Made by a program: the position numbers and the translations under genes. Below the pieces are notes generated by a model. That model searched no databases, was not told the DNA's origin, and saw only the letters and a list, made by a program, of their open reading frames with translations. From a virus (Duplodnaviria; Heunggongvirae; Uroviricota; Caudoviricetes), in IMG/VR virus record IMGVR_UViG_3300026488_000246, positions 83,463-147,462 of that record: 64,000 nucleotides of DNA, one strand, 5' to 3'. Within the stretch, counting starts at the first letter, position 1. Each line of letters opens with the position of its first letter. This document shows positions 9,661 through 19,334 of this stretch, piece after piece.

Positions 9661-10165
9661 AGGAGACGCATATGCAACAGTTGATATCATAAAACTTTAC
9701 AGGAAACTATCACCAGAACCAAACAGATTCATTCAGCTCTCAGATTCCAATCCTTTGAAAGATTTAGGATTGCTTGCAATGTACTATCGAAAGGGTCGTT
9801 ACTATTTAGCAGATCCTGAATATCCCGATTATGAGATTACTTGTCCATTAAGTTTATGGGAAAAGTCAAAACAATATTACACACGCATATCAACTTTACT
9901 CATATATGTTATTGATGAGTATGAGACCGTACTGAAGAAGGACTACGATCTAACACTAGATTATTGGCCATACTTCGTTTGCAGAAAGCATTATGAGCTT
10001 TATGGTCCTTATACACCTTTACGAGTTGTTTTCAAGTTTAATTCTAATGGTTGGTTAAAGGATATCCAAGTTACTGGTCTTGAAGGCAGTCAATATGAAC
10101 AAGACACAAAACAACCAACATCTTTCATAAGCAAAGTTAAAAGGTTCTTGCGAGGCGTGCTATGA
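9617..10165 (+). CDS. hypothetical protein (start uncertain)
   Basis: 182-aa ORF. No clear RBS. Confidence 0.4.
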   Translation: MLKNNVLRGLKLVVEGDAYATVDIIKLYRKLSPEPNRFIQLSDSNPLKDLGLLAMYYRKGRYYLADPEYPDYEITCPLSLWEKSKQYYTRISTLLIYVIDEYETVLKKDYDLTLDYWPYFVCRKHYELYGPYTPLRVVFKFNSNGWLKDIQVTGLEGSQYEQDTKQPTSFISKVKRFLRGVL

Positions 10166-10683
10166 ACCCTATGGTGTATGGGGATCATAAATCGAAACCT
10201 GAAATACTTCATCAAGAAGAGCGAGATCGCTTCAGGATTATGATTTTATCATTTGGTACTCATCCATGTGCTTATATTGGAGTACCAAATGATAGTCCTT
10301 TAGTTAACCTCGATTATGGTTTGTTGGATAACTTCATTAATGTGCATGGTGGATTTACGTTTGGTTGTCAGGGTTCAGATGAACGCTACCCTTTTATAGC
10401 AGGTTACTATTGGTATGGTTGGGATTATGCTCACCTGGATGATTGGTTAGGATGCCACTTTGAAGATGAATGGATAAAAGATCTATGGCAAGCTATAAGA
10501 CCTAAGAAATGGACTACAGAAGAAATATATGAGCATTGTTTAGTTGCTTTAGAGCAATTCAAACAACTTGAAAAACGAATGTTACATGATGTTGAATTCT
10601 ATGATTCATTGATTCAATGCAACCTCAATTCAGAAGATCCTCTCCGTTTCTCTCATTACATTCCTTCTGCACCTGATAGATAG
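10162..10683 (+). CDS. hypothetical protein
   Basis: 173-aa ORF. Overlapping start and stop suggest translational coupling. Confidence 0.55.
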   Translation: MNPMVYGDHKSKPEILHQEERDRFRIMILSFGTHPCAYIGVPNDSPLVNLDYGLLDNFINVHGGFTFGCQGSDERYPFIAGYYWYGWDYAHLDDWLGCHFEDEWIKDLWQAIRPKKWTTEEIYEHCLVALEQFKQLEKRMLHDVEFYDSLIQCNLNSEDPLRFSHYIPSAPDR

Positions 10684-10727
10684 AAACTTTTATTTCCAAC
10701 TATGAAAATCATACATGAGGTGTAAGA

Positions 10728-11678
10728 ATGACAAAAGAGCAAGTCAAACAAGAATTACTGAAATACTTCCCTAACCAAGAAGAAGCTATAAAAACTCTAA
10801 CACAACTTGGTCTTTCAGAGGATGAAGCAAAATCAAGAGTTAACTGTTCAATTAATGAAATAGTGATTTATGAAGCAGCTCATAGGATCATTGATAGGTT
10901 AGCTTCATATTCAGATGACATTTTAGAAAGGTTTGCAAAGATTCTCAATGTAGAAGATAGTAGATTTTCATTCAAAACAGAATTCCTATTCAGAGCTGTA
11001 TACTTCCTTAAGAAAAAGGCTTATGCACAATACATCATTGAGAGAGAAGGAGCTCTCATTCAAGAAATAGCTCAATCAAACATTGGAGTTAAGTCGGATG
11101 TACCGGAATTAACTCGTATAATGATAAGAGACCTATTCAAAGTTATAATGTATACGAATTGTGATCAAACTCTGATAAATCGAGCATTAACGCTATGGGA
11201 GAGCAAATTTAGAAAACTGATCCGAGAAAGGTCAGTATCAATATGTACTCCTTGTGGATTCAATAAGGAACTTAAAGAATACAAGAACGTTAATGATTGC
11301 ATTAGAGGTATGCTTCTCTATAACGAGCTTATAGGACAAGAATACTTCAAGGTTGGTATGAAAGGGTTCAAAATTTACTGTAATGGTTTTGATTATACTA
11401 AGCTTAGATTGGATGCAAAACAATTCCATGAGAAACTTATGAATGTTGCTAAGAAATTGGATGAGCTTAGCGGCAAACAAACATATACTAAGAAACCAGA
11501 AAAACTACTTGACAGAATTGTTATACCCGATGATTCTGAAAGAATTCCTGATTGGATCAAGCTTGATGAGAAAACAATAATGGATAAGGTTTTCGTTTCT
11601 AAAGCCAATGAAATCCTAGAACCTTTAGGCATACAACTTGATACAGGTACATCTGTGGCATTACAAGATTTATTCTAG
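10728..11678 (+). CDS. hypothetical protein
   Basis: 316-aa ORF with RBS GAGGTG. Confidence 0.7.
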   Translation: MTKEQVKQELLKYFPNQEEAIKTLTQLGLSEDEAKSRVNCSINEIVIYEAAHRIIDRLASYSDDILERFAKILNVEDSRFSFKTEFLFRAVYFLKKKAYAQYIIEREGALIQEIAQSNIGVKSDVPELTRIMIRDLFKVIMYTNCDQTLINRALTLWESKFRKLIRERSVSICTPCGFNKELKEYKNVNDCIRGMLLYNELIGQEYFKVGMKGFKIYCNGFDYTKLRLDAKQFHEKLMNVAKKLDELSGKQTYTKKPEKLLDRIVIPDDSERIPDWIKLDEKTIMDKVFVSKANEILEPLGIQLDTGTSVALQDLF

Positions 11679-11694
11679 CGAGAGGAATACTAAC

Positions 11695-12096
11695 ATGTCA
11701 TTAAGAAAGACTCATCAATTAATGCTTAGTTGGCCAACCTTAGAAAAAGGGACAACTTTAGGAATTTCTGAAAGGTGTTTAGATACCTTTATGGAGCTGG
11801 TTAAAAATGCTAAAGGGTTACCAGTATATCAGTTTGTGTCCGTTGACTCAATACTAGATTCTCCTCATCAATATCAAATTGGAGAGGTTAGCAATGTAAA
11901 GTTTGAAGGTCATCCATTGATAACTGTAGAATACTATTACGGTAAAGCACCGAAAGATGAATCCGTTCTTGTTCCTATCACGTTAGGAAAGCCTGTTCCT
12001 AACTACGAAATCTATCATGTAAGTATAGAAGATATAGAGGAACTCATAGGATTCATGCTTTATCCTTTGTCATTGATCAAGCAACATCTAAACTAA
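11695..12096 (+). CDS. hypothetical protein
   Basis: RBS GAGAGGAA. ATG at 11695. Confidence 0.55.
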   Translation: MSLRKTHQLMLSWPTLEKGTTLGISERCLDTFMELVKNAKGLPVYQFVSVDSILDSPHQYQIGEVSNVKFEGHPLITVEYYYGKAPKDESVLVPITLGKPVPNYEIYHVSIEDIEELIGFMLYPLSLIKQHLN

Positions 12097-12111
12097 AGTA
12101 TGAGGTAGCTT

Positions 12112-12471
12112 ATGATCTCCACAGTTTGCAGATCATTTGTGACTAATTCTAGCACATCTACGACTATTGTTTACTTTCAAAAAGTAGGACCTATAGATGC
12201 AGAAGAAGTAAGGAATACGCTTCCAGAACCTTTCAAAAAGTATGCTGATGATATTATCAAAGCTTTGTTATCCATAAGAGCAGCTGAAGTATTTGTTGTG
12301 ATTGAGTATGATAACTATGGGATTATGTCTTATATAATCAGCAAATGTCCAAGAAAGCAATATAGTCCACTTGTAACGATTCCTGGTGGTTACATAGATG
12401 AACGTTTACAGGATTGCTTTCAGAAACTGAAAGGTTTAAGACTTGTTGATTCTTATAGCTTTATACACTAG
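12112..12471 (+). CDS. small protein of the TNSS N-motif family
   Basis: N-terminus MISTVCRSFVTNSSTSTTIVYF. Immediately upstream of a radical SAM gene. Confidence 0.7.
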   Translation: MISTVCRSFVTNSSTSTTIVYFQKVGPIDAEEVRNTLPEPFKKYADDIIKALLSIRAAEVFVVIEYDNYGIMSYIISKCPRKQYSPLVTIPGGYIDERLQDCFQKLKGLRLVDSYSFIH

Positions 12472-12485
12472 GATGGGAGGTTCTA

Positions 12486-13556
12486 ATGAAAATTGGATAT
12501 GGAGTTAACTGGTTTCTTACAAGAAAATGTAATCTAAAGTGCTCCTATTGTGCAGTAATCAATATGAAAACGTTTCAGGAAGCTTATGGTCACATTGATC
12601 CATTCAAACAAGATGTTGATATTGAAGAAGCTAAAGAATTCATCAAAAGATTAAAGAAGCATAATCCAGATGCATTTCATATGTTTTTGGGTGGTGAACC
12701 TACTGTTTACAAGCATCTTGTAGAATTGGTTGATTTCTGTAACAAAGAAGGTGTATTGTATACTGTCATTACAAATATGACCGATTACTCTTACAACAAA
12801 CTTAAGCAGATTATAGATGAAGTGGGATATCTTAATGGACTAAGCTTTACTGTTGATCCCGTTCTATGGGATGAAAACTATCCGAAGGATGATGATAGAT
12901 ACAGAAAATCAAAGGAAGCTTACGAGAAATTCATAACATTTAGAGATGATCCCAGAATCAGAGAATTTGTTGGTATAGTTGGAGTTGATAGTCAGAATAT
13001 CAAATATCTGCATAGAATGTGTGACGATCTAACTAAAGCTGGTGTTTGGATAGATCTGATTCTGCTTGAAACAAAGCTTAATAAGTACTACGATTTCCCA
13101 TCACCATTAGACTATGATTTACTGGTTTGGGATACAGAGAAACATAGAAAGATTCTTATGGAAGTTTACGAGAAAGCTGAAAAGGGAGAATACACTGTAT
13201 TATTCCATCCTGTAATCAAATACAAAATGGTTCCTAATCTTCCACAAAAGTATATTTGCACCATTGATAAAAGAATGGACACCATGACTATTGATGCTGA
13301 TGGAAAACTAAGGCTATGTTTAAGAATCAGAGGAGTTAAAACACAAGAATTTCATATGCTTGATATTCTTGATGAAAACGGAAATCTAACTGATAAGTTT
13401 CAAGAAGCTCTTAAAGCTATGCAATGGGATAAAAAGAATTTCTGTTATGGATGTCAATGGACATGCCCTATGGCTGGTGAATTGATTGCTGATGGTATTA
13501 TGAGTCCAGAATTGATGAATCATAGAAACATAGAAATTCAACCAAAAACAAAATAA
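12486..13556 (+). CDS. radical SAM enzyme, SPASM-like
   Basis: CxxxCxxC motif (CNLKCSYC). FLGGEPT motif. C-terminal NFCYGCQWTCPMAG. Confidence 0.75.
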   Translation: MKIGYGVNWFLTRKCNLKCSYCAVINMKTFQEAYGHIDPFKQDVDIEEAKEFIKRLKKHNPDAFHMFLGGEPTVYKHLVELVDFCNKEGVLYTVITNMTDYSYNKLKQIIDEVGYLNGLSFTVDPVLWDENYPKDDDRYRKSKEAYEKFITFRDDPRIREFVGIVGVDSQNIKYLHRMCDDLTKAGVWIDLILLETKLNKYYDFPSPLDYDLLVWDTEKHRKILMEVYEKAEKGEYTVLFHPVIKYKMVPNLPQKYICTIDKRMDTMTIDADGKLRLCLRIRGVKTQEFHMLDILDENGNLTDKFQEALKAMQWDKKNFCYGCQWTCPMAGELIADGIMSPELMNHRNIEIQPKTK

Positions 13557-13569
13557 AAGATAGACAGAG

Positions 13570-14745
13570 ATGAATAGCGTTAAAGAAACATACAGAAACG
13601 TCAACATATTTATTGACGATAGCAATCATGGATTTCTTCAGGGTATAACTTCAGATCATAATGGTAATGTAATCGTGTGTGGTCATGATGAAGATTTCAT
13701 CAGTTTGCGTATAACTAAATTCGATAACGTTTTAAGGGATGTTAAACAAGAAATAGTTTTAAGAGATGAAAAATGCAAATATTTTTACGGGATAACAGTT
13801 GACTCTGATAACGTATTTGTATGCGGTATGATTGACTATGATTTCTGCATTGTTAAGCTTAATAGTAGTCTAAATCTGATTAAGCAAGTAATAGTAGATA
13901 TTGGGGAAGCAACAGCCAGCTATGGAATGGCTACAGACTATAATGGAAATGTGTTTGTATGTGGGTCTCATGACAAAGATTTCTACATAGCTAAGCTGAA
14001 TAACGATTTGAATATTGTTAAACAGATAACCATTAACAATGATGGAGATGGAATTTTTCGAAATCTAGCTACGGACTGTAATGGAAACGTGTTTGTATGT
14101 GGTTACATTAATACCGGTATACTAAACAACGGCCTTTATATAGCGAAGTTTGATAATGATTTGAATGTCATCAAACAGATGGTAATCGAAAGTGGTAAAC
14201 GTAGTTATCTTATCGGAATAACTATTGATGATAACGGAAACGTATTTGTATGTGGGAAGACTTGTAATGAATGTTATGTGGCTAAGATCGCTAATGATTT
14301 AAATCATATTAAACAAATAGCAATCAATGGTGGTAAGAAAACCGATTTTCATGGGATTTCTACAGATCCTCATGGAAATGTATTCGTATGTGGACAAACC
14401 AAAGAGAATCTTAGTTCGAACTTATGCGTTGCAAAATTTGATAACAATCTACTTCTTGTTAAGCATGTTGTATGTGCTTGTGATGGAGTAACAATCAGTC
14501 GTGACGGACTAACAATTGATTCTAATGGTAACGTATTTACATGTGGGACATTTCATAGTGATTTCGTTAATACTCCCTTCATAATTAAATTCAATGATAA
14601 CCTTGATTATCCTGATAAGTTGAAAGCTGGTTCTTATACATTCACCTTTAGTGAACCAACTTGGATTTCTACTGTACAAGATTATCCTGTTACAGTAGAA
14701 AACTGGGTTCCCATTATTCAGAACTGGATACCACGAGTGGTATAG
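13570..14745 (+). CDS. beta-propeller repeat protein (NGNVFVCG / IAKFDNDLN repeats), fibre-like
   Basis: About 9 repeats of roughly 40 aa. C-terminal SYTFTFSEPTW...W..Q.W module shared with 14765 and 19827. Confidence 0.65.
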   Translation: MNSVKETYRNVNIFIDDSNHGFLQGITSDHNGNVIVCGHDEDFISLRITKFDNVLRDVKQEIVLRDEKCKYFYGITVDSDNVFVCGMIDYDFCIVKLNSSLNLIKQVIVDIGEATASYGMATDYNGNVFVCGSHDKDFYIAKLNNDLNIVKQITINNDGDGIFRNLATDCNGNVFVCGYINTGILNNGLYIAKFDNDLNVIKQMVIESGKRSYLIGITIDDNGNVFVCGKTCNECYVAKIANDLNHIKQIAINGGKKTDFHGISTDPHGNVFVCGQTKENLSSNLCVAKFDNNLLLVKHVVCACDGVTISRDGLTIDSNGNVFTCGTFHSDFVNTPFIIKFNDNLDYPDKLKAGSYTFTFSEPTWISTVQDYPVTVENWVPIIQNWIPRVV

Positions 14746-14764
14746 AAGTTTAACTAAAAAGAAG

Positions 14765-15991
14765 ATGGAGAAAATGAACAAAGCTACAGAACCATATGAA
14801 AGTGTCAGTGTATTTACTGGCAACAACGTTGAATATAATAATCTTCTTGGTATGGTTACAGATCATGATGAAAATGTGTTTATATGTGGAGAGGTTTTTG
14901 TTAAACGATGGTTCAGAGCTGGTTTCGATATTGTTAAATTTGATAGCACTTTAAACTTCATCAAATATATAGCAATAGGAAATAATGAATACAACATTGA
15001 ACTGCATGGAATGATAGCAGACGGTACTGGTATCATATTTGTTTGTGGAGAAATTGGTAATCATTATAACGACGATTTCTACATAGCTAAACTTGATGGT
15101 AATTTAAATCTTGTTAAGCAAATTGCTATCAATAGTGGTAAACCATATAATCGTCTTTATGGAGTAACAGTAGACTCCAATGGGAACGTGATCGTTTGTG
15201 GAAGTACTAATGATGGTCACTACTATAATGGTTATATTGCTAAATTCGATAACGATTTAAATCCAGTTAAGCAAATTACTATCGACGATAGATATTGTGG
15301 TGATCTTTATGGGATAGCCGTTGATTCCAATGATAACATATTTGTTTGCGGTGCCACGAAAGGTAAACCCTACGTTGCCAAACTTGATAATAAACTAAAT
15401 GTTATCAAACAGATATCCATTGATATTGGTGAACCTGGCTACCTCAATAAGGTGACCATTAGTTCCAGTAATAATGTTTTCATAGGTGGTATCTACGATG
15501 GGCATATTTATGTAGCTAGATTTGACGATGATTTGAACCTTATTAAACAAGTTACTATTAATACTGGAACTAATAATAGCTTTTACAGTTTCGCTGTAAA
15601 CTCTTACGATGATCTATTTATATATGGGCGAATTAAGAACTATCCTGATTGGGACTTCTATATCGCAAAACTTGATAATGAGTTATTTCTTCTTAGACAA
15701 GCAATTATTGATGGTGGTCATCATGTTACTTTACCTTTAAAGGATGAAATACTTGTATGCAGACGAAGTATCACTTATTCTGCTGATAATATGCTTATAG
15801 CTAAATTCGACAAAAACTTAAGTAATCCTAGTGTATTGAAAACAGGTTCTTATACATTTACTTTTAGTGAACCAACATGGTTAGTGATTGTACAGGATTG
15901 GCCTGTCATAACAGAAGATTGGGTTCCTACTGTACAGAATTGGGCACCACGAGCGGCAAACAGTTTCATTGTAACTGAAGAGTTCGCATAG
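14765..15991 (+). CDS. beta-propeller repeat protein, paralog of 13570
   Basis: Same repeat unit and C-terminal module. Confidence 0.65.
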   Translation: MEKMNKATEPYESVSVFTGNNVEYNNLLGMVTDHDENVFICGEVFVKRWFRAGFDIVKFDSTLNFIKYIAIGNNEYNIELHGMIADGTGIIFVCGEIGNHYNDDFYIAKLDGNLNLVKQIAINSGKPYNRLYGVTVDSNGNVIVCGSTNDGHYYNGYIAKFDNDLNPVKQITIDDRYCGDLYGIAVDSNDNIFVCGATKGKPYVAKLDNKLNVIKQISIDIGEPGYLNKVTISSSNNVFIGGIYDGHIYVARFDDDLNLIKQVTINTGTNNSFYSFAVNSYDDLFIYGRIKNYPDWDFYIAKLDNELFLLRQAIIDGGHHVTLPLKDEILVCRRSITYSADNMLIAKFDKNLSNPSVLKTGSYTFTFSEPTWLVIVQDWPVITEDWVPTVQNWAPRAANSFIVTEEFA

Positions 15992-16103
15992 AAGCTATAA
16001 ACTCACCACTAGTTACACTATCTTGGGTTATCGAGGGTCTAATGAAATCTGTAAATCTTTTAGTTGATGAGCATGCAGAATTCTAGAAAAAAAGGAGGTA
16101 GTT

Positions 16104-16436
16104 ATGGGAGTATCAGTTGCTGTGTTCAAGAAAGGGAATAAACTCTTCAAAGTAAGGACAAATACTAAGATTGGTAAACAGTTACTTCAAAGAGCCAATG
16201 GAAAACGTGTTAAAATTACTTATCGTGGTATTGATGTGACTACCAAACTAAAGGATGTTGAATTGCTTTATCAATATGAAGTGTTTGACACAATCAAGCA
16301 ACAACGCCTAAGAAAAGCTCTCTCAAAAGTACCATCAGTTACAGCATTTCTACTTGATGCTAAAACTAAGAAACTAACAAAGAAAGATAAGCAAATTCTT
16401 GAGTTTTACGGAAATCCTGAAGAAGAGGAGGTGTAA
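16104..16436 (+). CDS. hypothetical basic protein
   Basis: RBS AAAGGAGG. Lys/Arg-rich. Confidence 0.6.
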   Translation: MGVSVAVFKKGNKLFKVRTNTKIGKQLLQRANGKRVKITYRGIDVTTKLKDVELLYQYEVFDTIKQQRLRKALSKVPSVTAFLLDAKTKKLTKKDKQILEFYGNPEEEEV

Positions 16437-16437
16437 C

Positions 16438-16581
16438 ATGACAAAAGAGGCTGTAGAAATCCTTGAAAAGGTACAGGCTGTAGGATTTGACACAGCAATT
16501 GCACATGCTACAGATGCTGAAGTACAAGCAGGAGCTGCATGTGGACAACTTAGTATCATTGCTGAAGTTGAGAATGAATAA
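16438..16581 (+). CDS. 47-aa Ala/Gly-rich peptide, candidate RiPP precursor
   Basis: RBS AGGAGGTG. Sequence MTKEAVEILEKVQAVGFDTAIAHATDAEVQAGAACGQLSIIAEVENE. Followed by a hairpin and then a radical SAM gene. Confidence 0.45.
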   Translation: MTKEAVEILEKVQAVGFDTAIAHATDAEVQAGAACGQLSIIAEVENE

Positions 16582-16589
16582 CTGATATC

Positions 16590-16635
16590 GGGGATCTGGA
16601 GAAGATTCAATCTCCAGATCTCCACAACCTTTTTC
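16590..16635 (+). terminator. hairpin (terminator/attenuator) between the peptide gene and the radical SAM gene
   Basis: GGATCTGGAGA / TCTCCAGATCC, 11-bp stem followed by TTTTTC. Confidence 0.55.
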
Positions 16636-16644
16636 GAGGGTCAC

Positions 16645-17376
16645 ATGAAAGAAGGATTGAGAATTGTTGCTACTTATCAATGTAATAGAAATTGCAAGTT
16701 TTGTTATCAAGCCTCTAAAGAATCACCATACTTGGATACTGAAACATTGAAGAAATGTTTAGATTATTTGAAGTTTACTAAGAATTTCATTCCTATCTAT
16801 GTAACAATCCAAGGTGGTGAAGTTACAATTGACATGGAAAGATTACGAGAAATTGCAAAATTGGTTGATTACTACTATCCACAAGTTTTCAGGAAATCTG
16901 TCACAAGCAATGGTGATGCAGATGTTAGCGATTATGAATCATTAGCTTTGTATGGTATAACTCATTTATCATTTAGTTTGCACGGTAAGAATAAGAAACT
17001 GGAAGATAAACTCAAGTATCTTGCAAAAAGTGGATTCTTTACTATAAGAGTTAATTGTTTTGCTCATCAAAACATAGAAAATCTTAGGTATGTTTACGAT
17101 TTTTGTGCAAGCAATAAAATTCAACTTACATTTTGTGAAGATCTGAGAAATAAGATTGTTGAAGACGTTACTGATAAAATCGTAAGATTTGTTGTTGGAC
17201 ATTCCGATGTAGAAATCATAAGACATAAGTTTCAACATATAATCATTGATAACAAAAGAAAGTTTAGATGTTGGATCTATAAGCATTTAGACAGTTATGA
17301 TTACAACAACTATATCATTCTTCCGACAGGAAAGATTGTCGATAATTTTGATTTGGTTATTCAATCCAAACTGTAA
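16645..17376 (+). CDS. radical SAM enzyme (short, no C-terminal Cys cluster)
   Basis: CNRNCKFC and QGGEVT motifs. Confidence 0.7.
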   Translation: MKEGLRIVATYQCNRNCKFCYQASKESPYLDTETLKKCLDYLKFTKNFIPIYVTIQGGEVTIDMERLREIAKLVDYYYPQVFRKSVTSNGDADVSDYESLALYGITHLSFSLHGKNKKLEDKLKYLAKSGFFTIRVNCFAHQNIENLRYVYDFCASNKIQLTFCEDLRNKIVEDVTDKIVRFVVGHSDVEIIRHKFQHIIIDNKRKFRCWIYKHLDSYDYNNYIILPTGKIVDNFDLVIQSKL

Positions 17377-17392
17377 TCAAAGAGGGAAAGAA

Positions 17393-18262
17393 ATGGAAAT
17401 TGTTAAAATCAGAAAATTTACTAATGGTTGGGTAGCAGCAATCAGGTTATCAGATGGAAGACTTATTGAGAGCACAAACACATGCCTTCCTTTACATACG
17501 GAATTGAGAGGTTTCAATAACAAAAGAACTACGAATGCAATACTATCCTATGATTTTACGAAAACTTACTTCCATGAAAAGAATATGGTAGGTGTTTCGA
17601 CACAATCTGGTTGTCCAATTATGTGTAAGTTTTGTGCAGTAAATGCTGTAACTAGAAAACATGGATGGAGAAACTTAACTGATGATGAAATTGTGCAACA
17701 AGTTGATTTTGCATTAAAGGTAACAAAAGACCTATTTAACTATGATTACTTTGAAAGTAAGCCTAAACTATTCAGAATCTTGTTTACAAGAATGGGCGAG
17801 CCATCCTTAAACATCGAAAATGTAGTTAATGCCATACAAAAACTAAAACATAAGTTTCCAGAAGCAAGAGTTCAGATTTCAACAATTGGAATTCCTGAAT
17901 CAAAAGATCTTGTTCATGAATTAATGAAACTTGAAGATGAGCTATCAGATCATGATTTCCTTGAACTTCAGTTCTCAATTCATTCAACAGATATGAATTT
18001 TAGGAGATGGTTACAAACTCCAAGAGTTATGGACAATTCAGAGATCAATAAACTTGCACAGGAATTCTATTACAAACATCCAAGAAAGTGGAAGGTTACA
18101 TTAAACTTTACTTTATCTCAGAAAACTCCATTTGACGTTAATGAATTACGAAAACAGTTTGATCCTGGTTGTGTATTCATAAAACTATCACCATTAAATG
18201 AGAACCTTGTAAGTAAATCTAACAACTTGAAAACTTTAATTAGGCAAGAAAACTATGTTTAA
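17393..18262 (+). CDS. RlmN/Cfr-family radical SAM methyltransferase-like
   Basis: VSTQSGCPIMCKFCAV, MGEPSLNIENVV, ISTIGIPE and FSIHSTD motifs, collinear with the RlmN motifs. Confidence 0.65.
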   Translation: MEIVKIRKFTNGWVAAIRLSDGRLIESTNTCLPLHTELRGFNNKRTTNAILSYDFTKTYFHEKNMVGVSTQSGCPIMCKFCAVNAVTRKHGWRNLTDDEIVQQVDFALKVTKDLFNYDYFESKPKLFRILFTRMGEPSLNIENVVNAIQKLKHKFPEARVQISTIGIPESKDLVHELMKLEDELSDHDFLELQFSIHSTDMNFRRWLQTPRVMDNSEINKLAQEFYYKHPRKWKVTLNFTLSQKTPFDVNELRKQFDPGCVFIKLSPLNENLVSKSNNLKTLIRQENYV

Positions 18263-18719
18263 GCTTGATTTTGGAAGCGGTTACAATCCTCAACCTGGTT
18301 GGTATACGTGTGACGTAACAATGAATTGTGATTTCTATTTTGACAAATCAACCTACAGAATCTTAGATATATCAGATAATTCTGTAGATTTCATTAGAAT
18401 GAGAAATGTATTGCATCATATCCCTGATATTCAAAGATTGCTTTTTGAATTTGAAAGAATCTTGAAACCTGGTGGTAAAGTGATTATTATTGATATCAAT
18501 CCACACCATTACAAAACTAACTTCTTCTTAGATTGGTTATGGTATAGATGGATCTATCCGAGATATGAAGTGTGGTTCTCTAGGACGTATAGAGACATTA
18601 AAGATTATTTATCAGAAACATCTTTCGTCATTGTGAAAAGAATGTATCATGTATTTCGAGAAATAATCATACTTGAAAAACAACTATACAAACAAGGAGG
18701 TTTAACATGGCTTACTTAA
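18255..18719 (+). CDS. class I SAM-dependent methyltransferase-like protein
   Basis: FGSGYNP and ILKPGGKVIIIDIN motifs. Confidence 0.45.
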   Translation: MFKLDFGSGYNPQPGWYTCDVTMNCDFYFDKSTYRILDISDNSVDFIRMRNVLHHIPDIQRLLFEFERILKPGGKVIIIDINPHHYKTNFFLDWLWYRWIYPRYEVWFSRTYRDIKDYLSETSFVIVKRMYHVFREIIILEKQLYKQGGLTWLT

Positions 18720-19045
18720 TCCAACTTGATTCACAACCAGGTATCATAGTAGCAGAAACAATGACTCAAGGAGACAGATGGATAGAAGTCTACAATGCAT
18801 TTGCTATCGTTCCTGGACCACAAGGAAATACTCAAATGATTCCTGTGCATCCTTTTGGTAAAATCAGTAATCCTGTTAAAATTAACAAAGATAAAATTGT
18901 TATGCTTTCAGAAGATAAGGAGTTTGATAAAGAATTAGAATCTATCATCGAGCAATATAAAGCTCAACAAGCTGGTATCACAATAGCTAAAGACACCAAG
19001 GATGTTGAAAACGTAGCTAAGAAGTTGCAAATCGTGAAGAAGTAA
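18707..19045 (+). CDS. hypothetical protein
   Basis: RBS AAGGAGG. Confidence 0.6.
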   Translation: MAYLIQLDSQPGIIVAETMTQGDRWIEVYNAFAIVPGPQGNTQMIPVHPFGKISNPVKINKDKIVMLSEDKEFDKELESIIEQYKAQQAGITIAKDTKDVENVAKKLQIVKK

Positions 19046-19052
19046 AGATTTT

Positions 19053-19096
19053 GGCCCATGGTCCAGCTTTCTGGATCATGGGCCGTTTTTTTTTTT
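19053..19096. terminator. bidirectional terminator at the + to - strand switch
   Basis: GGCCCATGGTCCAG / CTGGATCATGGGCC, then T11. Confidence 0.75.
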
Positions 19097-19114
19097 GCTT
19101 TCTGTATTCAAATC

Positions 19115-19297
19115 TTACAGTTTCTTTCTTATAGAATCTTCAATTTTAGATTCCAATTTGCTTAGTTTCGTTTTAATTGTTTCAAGATCTTCCTTCACTT
19201 CATGCTTTATAGCAGCATGATTCTTATAAGCAAGAATCCCAAGAACGAAACCTATTAAAAATATTACGATATCTACTGTGATGCCAGGTACATGCAT
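19115..19297 (-). CDS. small membrane protein (one TM helix plus charged tail)
   Basis: IVIFLIGFVLGILAY. RBS AGAGGT. Confidence 0.5.
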   Translation of the reverse strand: MHVPGITVDIVIFLIGFVLGILAYKNHAAIKHEVKEDLETIKTKLSKLESKIEDSIRKKL

Positions 19298-19334
19298 AAC
19301 AATAACCTCTTCTAATTAGGGTTGTACAATGTAA

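Noticed and set aside
11238-11632. Two minus-strand ORFs inside gene 10728..11678
   Set aside because: Antisense ORFs within a + strand operon. No RBS.
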